64,000 bases of DNA from Malacoraja senta. Its lineage: Eukaryota. How positions within the stretch are numbered: the stretch's first letter is position 1; the number at the start of each line of letters is the position of its first letter. The position numbers and the translations under genes were made by a program. Of this stretch, positions 1 to 12,802 are shown piece after piece. The stretch is taken from the NCBI GenBank assembly GCA_038087875.1, contig CM075995.1:9860001-9924000 (forward strand), written 5' to 3'. Below the pieces are notes generated by a model. That model saw only the letters and a program-made list of their open reading frames with translations, did no database searches and had not been told where the DNA came from.

Positions 1-1770
1 TGGCTAATGTTGTGCCTCTATTGAAGAAGGGCTGCAAGGAAAAGCCTTGGAACCACAGAGCAGTGAGCCTAACATAGATGGTAGGCAATTTACTGGAAAG
101 AATTCTGAAAGATAAGAAATATATGCATTTGGATAGATAGGAGCTGATTAGGGAGAGTCAGCATTGTTTTTTTACGTGGAAGGTAATGTCTTAAGAATCT
201 GATTCAGTTTTTAAAGAAGTAACCAAAAGGGTTGATGTGGGCAAAGGTGTATATATTGTCTATATGGACTTCAGCAAGGCATTTAATAGGTTGCGCATGG
301 TAGGCTGCACGGGAAGATGAGATCACACACAATCCAGGAAGAGATAGTCGACTGGATAGAGAATTGGCTTCATGGTGGGAAGCAGAGGGTGATGGTGAAA
401 CACTGTTTTTTTAAATCTAAGGCTGCCTTTTTTATCACGGTGTGCCTCAGGGATTGGTGCTAGGCCCACTGATACTTGTGGATTATATCAATGATTTGGA
501 TGAGAATGTAGCAGACATGATTAGTAAGTTTGCAGATGACACTGAAGTCGGTGATATCGTAGATAGCAAAGGAGGTCATCAAACAGTACAGCAGGATATT
601 GATCAGTTGGGCAAGTGGGCTGACGAATGGAGTTTAATACAGATAAGCGCGATGTATTGCATTCTGGGAAGTCAAACTAGGGCAGGACCAGACCAAGCCA
701 ATGAATTGCAAGGCCCTGGGGAGCGTTGTAACACAGAGGGATCTGGTACAGATATATAGTTTGTTTCACCATCACCCTCTGCTTCCTTCCATGAAGTCAA
801 TTCTCTATCCAGTCAGCTATCTCTTCCTGACTCCCGTGCAATCTAATCTTCCAGCCTACCACCTATCAAATGCCTTGCCAAAGTCCATATAGACAATATC
901 TAACTGGGGAGTGTTGTAACGCAGAGAGGTCTAGTGCAGATATATAGTTCCTTGGAAATGGCGTCACAGGCAGATAGGGTAGTCAAGAAGGCTTTCAGTA
1001 TAGTGGTCTTTATCAGTCAGGATGATTGGGTATAGAAGTTGGGATATTATGTTGTACAGTTGTACATGGCGATGGTCTGAAGAAGGGTCTCGACCTGAAA
1101 CATCACCCATTCCATCTCTCCACAGATGCTGCCTGTCCCGCTGAGTTACTCCAGTATTTTGTGTCTATATAAGACAATGGCGAGGCTGCATTTGGAGTAT
1201 TATATTCAGTTTTGATTACCCTGCGATAGGAAGGATGTTGTTAAGCTGTAAAGAGTGCAAAGATCTATGAGAATGTTGCCAAGACTTAAAGGCCTGAACT
1301 CTAGGGAGAAGTTGGGCAGCCTAGGACTTTATTGTTTGGAGCGCAGGAGGCTGAACGGTGATCTTTAGAGATGTACAAGATCACAAGGGTAATAGATGGG
1401 GTGCATGCACAGAGGTTTTTTACTCAGTCGAGGAATCAAGAGCCAGAGGACATAGGTTTATGGTAAGAGCGGAAAGATTTAATAGGAACCTGAGGGGCAA
1501 CATTTTCACACAGAGGGTGGTGGTGTATGGAACGAGCTACCAGAGGTCATACCATTTACTAAAACAACATTTTAAAGACATTTGGAAAGGTACATGGATA
1601 AGAAGTATTTAGAAGGATATTGGCCAAAGCCAAGCTTTTCACTGTACCTATGACAATATACCAAACTAAACTAAACCCAGGCAGGTGGGACCAGCGTTAG
1701 ATTGGGCATCTTGATCGCCATTGGCAAGTTGAGCCATAGGGCCTGTTTCCATATAGTATGACTATGACTA
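1..1770 (+). mobile_element. Degenerate CR1 LINE, RT to 3' end
   Basis: PQGLVLGPL..YINDLDENVADMISKFADDT motif (ORF 442-759) and C-terminal ESRARGHRF..RFNRNLRGNIFTQRVV; many stops; interrupted by a short minus-strand CR1 piece (~760-905) and a pLTR fragment (~1075-1167). Confidence 0.9.
1075..1167 (+). mobile_element. Penelope pseudo-LTR-derived short repeat with hammerhead motif
   Basis: CTGAAGA(1077-1083)-AGGGTCTCGACCT-GAAA-CATC followed by agatgctgcctg..gctgagttactccag, the same unit seen several more times in the window. Confidence 0.7.
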
Positions 1771-2314
1771 TGAGCCTAACATTTGTGGCAGGAAAGTTAA
1801 TAAAGGATGATTCTCAGAGATAGAGTCCACCAGCATTTTGAGTGTGGGAAATTGTGTCTCACAAACCTAATTGAGGTTTTTGAAGAGCTGAGCAAGAGGA
1901 TTGATGAGGTCAGGGCAGGGCATTAAAAGTCATTTATATGATGAAAAAGAAGTCTGGCATATTGCCTTCATGAGTTGGGGTACTGAGTACAAGAGTTTGG
2001 ACTTTACAAGACATTGGAGAGATTGCATTTGAAATACTGTGAGCTGGTTTGGTCAGCCTGCTATAACAATGATGTGATTCGGCTCGGGAAGGGTGCAGAG
2101 AAGAAAATATGCACGGAGATTGCAAATAGCTAAAGAACAATAGGCTGGCAATTGTAGGTAATTTGAAGCCACCGATTTTAACTGGTAATACCATTGTGCA
2201 AAGTGTTTGGATGAAGTTTTCTGAAACATTATACAGATAGCCCTACAAGAGAGGGCGCAACGAGACAGAGCACGTAACTGCAGCATCAGTACAGTTACAT
2301 TTTGGAACTAGTAA

Positions 2315-2757
2315 CCTCTAGAAGGTGGCATCTATCATCAACAATCCCCACTATATCCACTCTTCACACTGCTACCGTCGGGCAGGAGGTACAGAAGCTT
2401 CAAGTCCCACACCACCGGTTTCAGAAGCCTGCAGTCCCACACCACCAGGTTCAGCAACAGCTACTTTCCCATAGCTACAGATTCTTGAACCAAGCTCCCC
2501 AATCCTAATCCCACCATGATAGTGGAACACCACCTCTTGCCCTGCCATGAACTTTATTTTCTAATTATATTTTGCACTAATATCTTGCTCCTTTTTTCTT
2601 TTTTTTCTTTTTCACTGTCTTGCAAACTTTATGTACAATTTATGGAAAATGTATGTATCTTTTATGTTTTTGTGTGTAGCGAGTCCTGCTGCAAGCAAGA
2701 TTTTTATTGTACATGTACCTCATTATTCGTGTACGACAATAAACTCAATTGATTTGA
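2315..2757 (+). mobile_element. Old Rex1/Babar-like LINE 3' end
   Basis: Degenerate [22 protein letters not shown]-type sequence and 3' tail gctgcaagcaagattt..gacaataaa, homologous to the tails at ~9370-9437 and ~30540-30600. Confidence 0.65.
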
Positions 2758-2946
2758 TAAAGTTAGGACTGTTTCACAAGTTAAAGTCCTAAATTGGGGC
2801 AAGTCCAATTTTGAAGGTTTGACAGGAACTTACAGAGGTTAACTGAGAGATACTGGGAGCAGGTAAAGAGACATCAAACAATTGGGAGGCTTTTAAAGGT
2901 GAAGCTGGGAGAGTTCAAGAACAACATGCTCTGGTAATGCGGGAAG

Positions 2947-3146
2947 NNNNNNNNNNNNNNNNNNNNNNNNNNNNNNNNNNNNNNNNNNNNNNNNNNNNNN
3001 NNNNNNNNNNNNNNNNNNNNNNNNNNNNNNNNNNNNNNNNNNNNNNNNNNNNNNNNNNNNNNNNNNNNNNNNNNNNNNNNNNNNNNNNNNNNNNNNNNNN
3101 NNNNNNNNNNNNNNNNNNNNNNNNNNNNNNNNNNNNNNNNNNNNNN
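2947..3146. other. Assembly gap (200 N)
   Basis: Run of 200 n characters; ORFs spanning it are artefacts. Confidence 0.99.
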
Positions 3147-3340
3147 CGTCAGTAGATAGGGTGATCATGGGTAAAAGGAGCAAATTAATAATGTTAATAT
3201 ATTAACAAGGGGGGTAGTTAGCGTGTGTGCGAGGGGGTAGTTAGTGTGTGTGTAGGGGTGGTTAATGTATGTGATGCCGCATGCCTCCCCCCCAACCGCA
3301 CGTTGGGGTAACAGACCCAACGGGTCTGCACTTGGTCTAA
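3147..3340 (+). mobile_element. Non-autonomous Helitron-like 3' end
   Basis: Hairpin CAGACCC-AAC-GGGTCTG (3312-3328), then 8 nt, then terminal CTAA (CTRR) followed by T; a related end occurs on the minus strand at 35242. Confidence 0.55.
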
Positions 3341-3579
3341 TTTTAATATAAAATTGCATACATGTAAGCCTACAAGTAACAAACAAAATGTGTAGATCAC
3401 CTCTGAAAAGCACATAGTTACAATACCACTTATTTTAGTGACTGTGAAATGAAAAAAAAGTAATTTAATTAACTAGATCCTGGCAAACCAATAATTATTG
3501 GCGAAAAACCAGTCCAGGCATTAAATTTTGGGCTTCAGCCCCATCCTACCCTTTGGGCTTCTACCCCATCCTAACTTAG

Positions 3580-4009
<430 letters not shown>

Positions 4010-4010
<1 letters not shown>

Positions 4011-4444
4011 AGGGCCGGCGCGGGAGCGGATGCCGGGGTCCAGGGGAAAGCGTGTGAGCTGAGGCCGAGGTTTGTAAACGTTGCTCCAAAGCCGGCCCGG
4101 CCCTCCCTGTATTGTTCATTGCGTCTCCCCGGGGAGAGAGAGGGGTGGAGCCGGGGCTGTGTGCGTGAAGCACGGCGACTGCAGGGGCGGGAACGCTGCC
4201 CCCCCCCCCCCCCCCCCTGGGACCGTGAGTGACCTTCCCCTCTCCCCCTTCTCCATTCCCCCTCACACCCCCCTCCCCGTCAACCCCTTTCTTCCGCCTC
4301 CACCCGGGATAGATCTACCCGAGCCGAGAGTAGATTACGCCAAAGATCCTAGAGCGGAGCTTTGGATTACTCTAGCGTGGGGCCCCCCTTACGCGCGGGG
4401 CCCAATTGGGAGCAATCGGTCCAATCTGCTTAAGGCCGGCCCTG
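4010..4444. mobile_element. hAT-like non-autonomous DNA transposon, right end
   Basis: Ends TAAGGCCGGCCCTG (reverse complement CAGGGCCGGCC..., typical of hAT termini) with subterminal GGGGCCC motifs; left end not identified. Confidence 0.5.
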
Positions 4445-4525
4445 GTAAGATGTGGTCCATTATGTTTCTTTGCTGAGAAAGGATTTGGGTTGTGCAGGTC
4501 AGTTCAAGAACCTGATGGTTGTAGG

Positions 4526-5393
4526 TCAGTGGGGGCGCCGCGAGACGGCTGCCCTGCCAGCAGCGTGTTAGTCATTTCTACTTTTTTTGTATTTTTTTGT
4601 ATGTCTAAATGTGTGTTTTAATGTCTCTAGGTGTGTCTTGTGTGGGGGGTGGTGTGGGGGGGGGGGGGTAAGGGGAAACCGCTTTCGGTCGCCTCCTCCA
4701 CGGAGAGGCAATTTTTTCCATATCGCCTCCCTCGCTTCCTAACACCAAGGATTGGTGCGGGCTTTCCCGGAGACAGGCCTGGAGCTTCAGCAACTGGCGC
4801 AGCGTGAACTTTTTCCGATCGCTGGCCTGTCAGTCTGAAGCCGTGGTCTGCGGAGCTTCTTGCCGTCAGTGCGGCATCCAGAGCCTATGATCCCTTGTTG
4901 GGGACCCCTGGTGAAGAGCTCCGACCCGCCGGCCCGCGGCCTACAACACCTTGAAGCCACGGACAGTGGAGCTTCTAGCTGCGAGCGCGGCATCTGGGCG
5001 TGGCGTGGACTTACCATCCGGAGCGGGATCCCTCGCCGGGGATCCCTGGAGAAGAGCTACGACCGCCGGCCTGTGTCCTATGTTATCCTGAAGCCGCAGT
5101 CTCCGATTAGGAAGCACCGATTCGGGACTTACCTTCCAGACGAGAGGGCTGTCATCTGGCCGCCCGCAGCAGCGACTGCGAAGGTTATGGCCCCGACCAA
5201 GGGAGAAAATGGAGGAGGACTAACTCTACTTTGTGCCTTCCACCACAGTGAAGAATGCTGTGGTAGATGTTTGTGTTAAATTTTTATTGTGTATTGTGTG
5301 TTCTTTTTTATTGTACAGCTGCTGGCAAGTTCATTTCACTGCACTTTATTGTGTATGTGATGAATAAATCTGATTGATTGATTGATTGATTGA
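4526..5393 (+). mobile_element. GC-rich non-autonomous retroelement with (ATTG)n tail
   Basis: TTGTAGG duplicated at 4519-4525 and 5394-5400; AATAAA then (attg)n; absent from the paralogous inverted arm at ~24270; head and body resemble 27496-28345. Confidence 0.75.
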
Positions 5394-5775
5394 TTGTAGG
5401 AAAGTACCTGTTCCTGAATTGGGTATTGCGGGCTTCTCTACCTCCTGTCACCAAAAGCAGCGAGAATGAGAGCATGGCCTGGATGGTAGGGATTCTTGAT
5501 GATAGATGCTGCCTTCTTAAAGCAGTGCCTCATGTAGATGCGTTTGATGGTGGGGAGTACTGTCCCCTTAATGGACAGTGGTAAGTCTGCCACTCTCTGC
5601 AGCCTCTTGTGTTGCAGTGCATTGTAATTGTCATACCAAGCCATGATGCTACCAGTCAGGATATTTACTGTTGTGAATATGTAGAAGTTTGTTAGAATAT
5701 TAAGCTTCATGCTGAATATCTTTAAACGTCAAATAAAGTAGAGGCAGTGGTGCACCTACTTTGTAATCACACCTA

Positions 5776-6903
5776 CAGTGCATTCAAAAAGTATTCAGAC
5801 CCCTTCACCTTTTCCACATTTTGTTACATTACAGCCTTATTCTAAAATGGATTAAATTCATTTTAATCCATTCATCAATCTACACAATATCCCATAATAA
5901 AAAAGTAAAAACAGATGTTTAGAAATTTTTGCAAAGTAATGAAAAAGAAATAACTGAAATATCACATTTACATAAGTAATCAGACCCTTTACTCAGTACT
6001 TTGTTGAGGCACCTTTGGCAGCGATTACAGCGTCAAGTCTTCTTGGGTATGACGCTACAAGCTTGGCACACCTGTATTTGGGAAATTTCTCCCATTCTTC
6101 TCTGCAGAACCTCTCAAGCTCTGTCAAGTTGGATGGGGAGCGTCGATGCACAATTATTTTCAGGTACCTCCAGAGCTGTTCGATTGGGGTCAAGTCCGGG
6201 CTCTGGCTGGGCCACTCAAGGACATTCACAGAATTGTCACGAAGCCACTCCTGCGTTGTCTTGGCTGTGTGCTAAGGGTTGTTGTCCTGTTGGAAGGTGA
6301 ACCTCCATCCCAGTCTGAGGTCCAGAACATTCTGGAGCAGGTTTTCTTCAAGGATCTCTCTGTACTTTGCTCTGTTCATCTTTCACTCGATACTGACTAG
6401 TCTCCCAGTTCCTGCAGCTGAAAAACATCTCCACAGCATGATGCTGCCACCACCATGCTTTACCGTAGATATGGTATTGGCCAGGTGATGAGCAGTGCCT
6501 GGTTTCTTCAAGACGTGACGCTTGGCACTCAGGCCAAAGAGATCAATCTTGGTTTCATCAGACCGGAGAATCTCCTTTAGGTGCCTTTTGGCAAACTCCA
6601 AGCAGGCTGTCATTTCTCTGAGGAATGGCTTCCGTCTGGCGACTCTACCATAAAGAACTGATTGGTGGAGCGCTGCAGATATAGTTATCCTTCTGGAAGA
6701 TTCTCCCATCTCCACAGAGGAACTCTGAAGCTCTATCAGAGTGACCATCGGGTTCTTGGTCACCTCCCTGACCAAGGCCCTTCTCCCCCGATTGGTCAGT
6801 TTGGCCAGACGGCCAGCTCTATGAAGAGTCCTGGTGGTTACAAAGTTCTTCCACTTAAGAAGGACGGAGGCCACTGTGCTCTTCGGGACCTGCAATGCTG
6901 CAG
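5776..6903 (-). mobile_element. Tc1-like transposon, truncated, transposase pseudogene
   Basis: TA|CAGTGCATTCAAAAAGTATTCAGACCCC terminal repeat; frameshifted transposase with SDETKIDLFG, TVKHGGGSIM, WPSQSPDLTPIE, GASTKY; the other end is deleted. Confidence 0.93.
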
Positions 6904-7474
6904 ATCTGATCTGAGTACTCCCTCAGCTCAATGTTCCCATCTACCTTTCACCCTTGTCTTGTTTCAGCTTTAAAAATAATCACACAGTTAAGGGGCAATA
7001 AGAGATAGATACAGTACTGCAAAAGATGTTTATATCTATGACGGGATTGTATTAGAGAACTGGTGCTGATGCACTGGGATGATTCTTTCCGATGAAAAAC
7101 TCAACGATTTCAAAATTCAGGATAATCTTATTTAATGATAGCAAATGACATGAGATTATCCACTGTGGCTCCTGTGTGCTGCCCATGATATACTGTAGTG
7201 GACTCATCGCTCCAGATGCAGTGGCCTCGTTGCTCCAGCAGATGGTGACACTACCTCACACTGCTGTGGCGGTCTATGCTGTCCCAGAAGTGTTCAACAA
7301 CTTTGAGGCCAAGCATTGGGAGCACACAAAAGCAGCAGAGGGTGTAGACCACCTCACAAGCTACAAATCCATCTGCACATCCCATCAGTATCACAAGCCC
7401 CATGTGTGGAGGTGTTAAACGTTCCTACATTGGCCTCATTAACCACAGCAGAACCAAGCAGAACCACAGCAGAA

Positions 7475-9437
7475 TGAATACGCCACAGTGGTTACAGACT
7501 TCATAAGGAAATGTGTGGAGGACTGTGTTCCAACAAAAACCTTCCGAGTGTTTCCTAACCAGAAGCCTTGGATGAACCATGAGATCCACATTCTTCTGAA
7601 GGCCAGATCCCCGGCATTCAGGTCTGGCGATGCAGCAGTCTATAAAAAGTCCAGATACGACCTTGCTAAGGCCATCAAAAAGGCCAAAAGGGACTTCTTC
7701 TCTTAGCTGGAGGATGAGATGGATGTTCGGCAACTGTGGCAGGGCTTGAATGCCATCACCTCCTACAAGGCGAAATCAGGATGCAGCTCAAACAACAGCG
7801 AAGCATCATTCCCCGACGATCTCAATGCGTTCTACGCACGGTTCGATAGGGAGAACACTGATGTGCCTTCCTGAGCCCCCATTCGCCCTGACGGTATTAA
7901 GTCACAGTCTCAGAGGCCGACGTCAGAAGATCCTTCGGGGGGGTGAACCCTCAGAAAGCCCCTGGACGTGATGGTATACCCGGTCGAGTTCTCAAGACCT
8001 GTGTAGACCAACTGGCGGAGGTTTTTGCGGACATTTTCAACCTCTCACTTCTGAGGTCTGAGATTCCTACCTGCTTTAAGAGGGCATCAATAATACCGGT
8101 GCCCAAGAAGAGTAAGGTGACGTGTCTCAATGACTATCGACCAGTGGCACTAACGTCTGTGGTGATGAAGTGCTTTGAGAGGTTGGTTAAGGAGCACATC
8201 AACTCGTACCTCGACAAGAACCTCGACCCACTACAGTTCGCTTACCGCCACAACAGGTCAATGGAGGATGCAATTTCACTGGCTCTCCACTCCGCATTGG
8301 ACCACTTGGATAATAAAAACACTTACGTCAGGCTGTTGTTAAGGAAATTAGACTACAGCTCAGCATTTAATACCATCATCCCTTCCAAGCTGGTTACCAA
8401 GCTCACGGAACTGGGCGCTGCGCATCCCCCTGCAATTGGATCCTCAACTTCCTCATCCACAGACCACAGTCTGTTCGAATTGGAGGAACCACTTCATCCT
8501 CAGTAACAATTAGCACGGGAGCACCGCAATGCTGCGTGCTCAGCCCCCTGCTTTACTCACTCTATACCCATGACTGCGTAGCCGGATATAGTGCGAACTC
8601 CATCATCAAGTTCGCCAACGACACCACTGTCGTTGGACGAATCACAGATGGGGATGAGTCAGAGTATAGAATTGAGATCGACCGACTGACCAAATGGTGC
8701 CAGCACAACAACCTGGCTCTCAATATCAGTAAGACCAAGTCCACTGATTGTGGACATTGGTAGGGGAAGGATGAGGACCCACAATCCTGTTCACATCAAT
8801 GGGACGATGGTGGAGAGGGTCAAAAACTTAAAATTCCCGAACGTGCATATTTCCAAAGATCTTTCCTGGACCCAGCACACCGATGCAATTATAAAGAAGG
8901 CACATCTACTTCCTGAGAAGATTACAGAGATTCGGCATGTCGAAGCGGATTCTCCTAAACTTCTACAGGTGCACGGTAGAGAGCATTCTAACGGGTTGCA
9001 TCGTGGCCTGGTTCGGCAACTTGAATGTCCAGGAGCGGAAAAGACTACAAAAAGTTGTGACCACTGCCCAGTCCATCACCGACTTTGACCTCCCCACCGT
9101 CGAAGGGATCTATCGTAGTCGCTGCCTCAAAAAGGCAGCCAAAATCATCAAAGACCCACACCATCCTGGCCACACACTCATTTCACCATTGCCATCAGGA
9201 AGAAGGTACAGGAGCAGCTTCTTCCCTACAGCCATCAGGCTATTAAACACAACAATGAGCTCTGAGCTCTGAACTGCAAAAGAATATATTATTATTGCAC
9301 TATATTTATTATTTATTTTTTCTCTTCCCTCGTTATGTACTATGCTTACACATTCACATATTCTGTTGTGCTGCAGCAAGTAAGAATTTCATTGTCCCAT
9401 CCGGAACATTTGACAATAAAACACTCTTGACTCTTGA
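7475..9437 (+). mobile_element. Rex1/Babar-like LINE, 5'-truncated
   Basis: [55 protein letters not shown]; (CTCTTGA)n tail; absent from the paralogous arm. Confidence 0.9.
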
Positions 9438-9785
9438 ATGTAGCCAAGTGTATTAGTATTTGTTATTCGAGCTTTTTGTGTCTATTGGTATTTGTTTATT
9501 ACTTTCACGTGCACTGAGATACAATGAAAAACTTTGCATGCTATCCAGTCAAATCATACTATTCATGAGTACAATCAAGCCAGGTAATGCAAAGAGAAAA
9601 ACAGCGAAGCGCAGAATGTAGTGTTGCAGCGTTACATGTGCAGAGAAGCTGCAAAGAATAAAGTGGAACGGCCGCAACGAGGTAGGGAGGGAGATAGGGA
9701 ATACATCCTTGGTTATGAGAGATCTGTTCAGTAGTACGATAATACCAAGGATGAAGCTGTTCCTGAATCTGGTGATACCTGCTTT

Positions 9786-10753
9786 CAATAGACAATAGAC
9801 AACAGACAATAGGGGCAGGAGTAGGCCATACGGTCCTTCAAGCCAGCACCGCCATTCAATGTGATCATAGCTGATCATCCCAAATCAGTACCCCGTTCCT
9901 GCCTTCTCCCCATATCCCCTGACTCTGCTATCTTTAAGAGCCCTATCTAGGTCTCTCTTGAAAGTATCCAGAGAACCGGCCTCCACCGCCCTCTGAGGCA
10001 GACTCACAACTCTCTGTGTGAAAAAGTGTTTCCTCGTCTCCGTTCTAAATGGCTTACCCATTATTCTTAAACTGTGGCCCCTGGTTCTGGACTCCTCCAA
10101 CATTGGGAACATGTTTCCTGCCTCTAGCGTGTCCAAACCCTTAACAATCTTAAATGTTTCAATAAGATGCCCTCTCATCCTTCTAAACTCCAGAGTGTAC
10201 AAGCCCAGCTGCTCCATTCTCTCAGCATATGACAGTCCCGCTATCCCGGAAATTAATCTTGTAAACCTACGCTGCACCCCCTCAATAGCAAGAATGTCCT
10301 TCCTCAAATTAGGGGACCAAAACTGCACACAATACTCCAGGTGTCGTCTCACTCTGGCCCTGTACAACTGCAGAAGGACCTCTTTGCTCCTATACTCGAC
10401 TTCTCTTGTTATAAAGGCCAACATGCCATTCGCTTTCTTCACTGCCTGCTGTATCTGCATGCTTACTTTCATTGACTGATGCATAAGGACCCCCAGATCC
10501 TGTTGTACTTCCCCTTTTCCCAACTTGACACCATTTAGATTGTAATCTTTCTTCCTGTTTTTGCTACCAAAGTGGATAACCTCACATTTATCCACATTAA
10601 ACTGCATCTGCCATGCATCTGCCCACTCACCCAACCTGTCCAAGTCACCCTGCATTCTCATAGCATCCTCCTCACAGTTCACACTGCCACCCAGCTTTGT
10701 GTCATCTGCAAATTTGCTGATGTTACTTTACTAATTTGCTAATGTTACTAATG
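9786..10753 (-). mobile_element. CR1 LINE 3' fragment
   Basis: ORF 9885-10682: WQMQFNVDKCEVIHFG..HLEYCVQFWSP..SRTRGHSLRI; (ATTGTCT)n tail. Confidence 0.95.
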
Positions 10754-10824
10754 TTCTGTCTGACAGGACAGGAGAGGAGAGAAGAGGGAATGACTGAGGC
10801 AAAATTGGTCCTTGATAATTGAAT

Positions 10825-11340
10825 GGGGGTTCCTCTCTCCCATCATAGATGAGGCCCTCACGTGTCTCATCAGTGCCCCGCAGCTCCGCCCTTGCTATCC
10901 CTCTCCCTAGTCGCAGCAAGGACAGAGTCCCCTGGTCCTTACCTTTCACCCCATCAGCCGTCGCATACAACACATAATCCTCCGACATTTCCGCCACCTC
11001 TAACGGGATCCCACCACGAGTCACATCTTCCCATCTCCACCCCTTTCCGCAAAGACGTTTCCCTCCGCAACTCCCTGGTTCCTTCCCACCCAAACCACCG
11101 TCTCCCCAGGTACCTTCACCTGCAATCGCAGGAGATGCAACACCTGTCCCTATAGCTTCTCCCTCGACTCTGTCCAGGGACCACGAGTCCTTTCAGGTTA
11201 GGCAGAGGTTCACTTACACCTCCTCCAACCTCACCTACTGTATCCTTTGTTCAAAATATGGACTCTTATAGCATCGGCATGACCAAACGCAGACTGGGCG
11301 ATCGTTTGATCGTAGACTGGGCGATCATAGACTGGGCGAT
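10825..11340 (+). mobile_element. Penelope-like element fragment (RT thumb, Cys linker, GIY-YIG start)
   Basis: Frameshifted reading of the type RVP.VLTFHP..IQHIILRHF..PGTFTCNRRRCNTCPY..FQVRQRFT.TSSNL.YCI..IG.TKRRLGDR; ends in three copies of agactgggcgat. Confidence 0.8.
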
Positions 11341-11776
11341 TTGAGGTTCAGATGATACATGATTGAGGTATGCAAAATGATGCAGGGTAGAGGCGGGAGA
11401 CTGCTGGAAGCTTTTTCCTTTATCTGAGATATGCAAAACTAGGACATAGGTTCAGGGTAAGGGAGAGTGATTTAGTGGGGAAATGAAGGGGAGTTTTTTT
11501 CATCCAGTGCGTGGTGAGTATCTGGAATACACTGCCTGTGAGAGTGATGGAAGCAGATTTGTTGAGGGCATTTAAGAACTGTCTAGACAAACACAAATTG
11601 CCTACATATAAGAGGCTATGGGCCGACGACTTCCGGTAGCGTCATGGAACATTGAGGACGCTGCAGTGAGCTTCACTCCCGTAAAAATTATCAAAAAGCC
11701 GTTTTAAAGTTAAAAATAACTCAACGGAGCTGCTTGGTTTGCATAAGGAAAACATCATTAGATAACGGACTTTTAA

Positions 11777-12802
11777 ATGAGCAAGAGGACTTGTTCACGA
11801 GCACCAAAAAAAACTACTATAAGCCTCCAGCTGAAAAGTGTGTTGGATACTCTGCAAACAACTGAAGAAGGTTCTGAGGAGGAGCCCGATAGCCAAGGAG
11901 TTGTGCTGGAAATGGCTACAAAAGGAGGAAAGAAAGAGCTGGAGGTAAAGGAAATGTTTGTAGAAATTACTACTACAATTAAGAGTATGGAGAATAATAT
12001 GGAAATATTTTCTCATAAAATTGATGGTGCCTGTGATGAGTTAAAGGAGCTGAAGAAGCAACATAATGAGTTTGATAAAAAACTTAACTCAGAAATTGTT
12101 AGAGTCGAAAAGGATTATAATAAGAAGCTTTCTGGTGTAAAGGCTAAGATGGACAACATTGACGAGAGAATGGAAGAGATGGAAAGTGATATGAAAGAGA
12201 TGATCATGGAAATAAACAGTCTGAAAAAATCAAAGAAAGATGAAGCAGAAAAGCTGGCAAGAATGACTGACAAATGTTTGGACTTGGAAGCGAGAGCAAG
12301 GAGGCAGAACTTGAGAATTGTTGGAGTAAGAGAAGGACGAGAAGAACATGTATCTCAAACACGTACTTTCGTTACTGAATTACTCAAAGAGGTTCTTAAA
12401 CTGCCGGGAGAACTAAGAATAGATACTGTTCAACGAGTTGGACGTGTCTCAAGAGGCATAAATGCTGCTCCAAGACAGATAATTGTGAAATTTCTTGATA
12501 TCTCTTCAGTGGAAACTATACTGAAGAAGATTGTTCATGGTGAAAATTTGATATATCGTGGGGAAAAGATCCGATTTTTCCGTGATTATCCTCCAGAGAT
12601 TGTCCAGAGAATGAACCTGTTTACACCGACAAGAAACATATTGAGGGGTATTTCTAAAGTCAGATATGGTATTGTTTTTCCTGCAAAAATGAAAATTACA
12701 TATAAGGAAATTGAGCGCTCATTTACGGACCCAGAAAAAGCATTTAAATATGCAGAAGATATCATGAGGAAAGTATCCGAAACTTCAGAAGAAGACGACT
12801 AA
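11777..12802 (+). CDS. L1 ORF1p (coiled coil + RRM/CTD)
   Basis: 341-aa intact ORF; long heptad-rich region then DLEARARRQNLRIVGVREG, PRQIIVKF, IRFFRDY, YGIVFPAKMKI. Confidence 0.93.
   Translation: MSKRTCSRAPKKTTISLQLKSVLDTLQTTEEGSEEEPDSQGVVLEMATKGGKKELEVKEMFVEITTTIKSMENNMEIFSHKIDGACDELKELKKQHNEFDKKLNSEIVRVEKDYNKKLSGVKAKMDNIDERMEEMESDMKEMIMEINSLKKSKKDEAEKLARMTDKCLDLEARARRQNLRIVGVREGREEHVSQTRTFVTELLKEVLKLPGELRIDTVQRVGRVSRGINAAPRQIIVKFLDISSVETILKKIVHGENLIYRGEKIRFFRDYPPEIVQRMNLFTPTRNILRGISKVRYGIVFPAKMKITYKEIERSFTDPEKAFKYAEDIMRKVSETSEEDD

Larger units (their letters stand above)
4455..10817. repeat. Left arm of an inverted segmental duplication, interrupted by TEs
   Basis: Segments 4455-4525, 5394-5775, 6905-7460, 9440-9786 and 10754-10817 are reverse complements, in collinear order, of segments within 19200-24340. 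Confidence 0.9.

Noticed and set aside
7176..7418. 80-aa ORF MLPMIYCSG in the duplicated core
   Set aside because: Non-ATG start, no recognisable homology, and the paralogous arm has a deletion within it.
10018..10479. Recurrent 'conserved' ORFs such as MKKCFLVSVLNG (also 35935-36387)
   Set aside because: Antisense shadows of CR1 ORF2.
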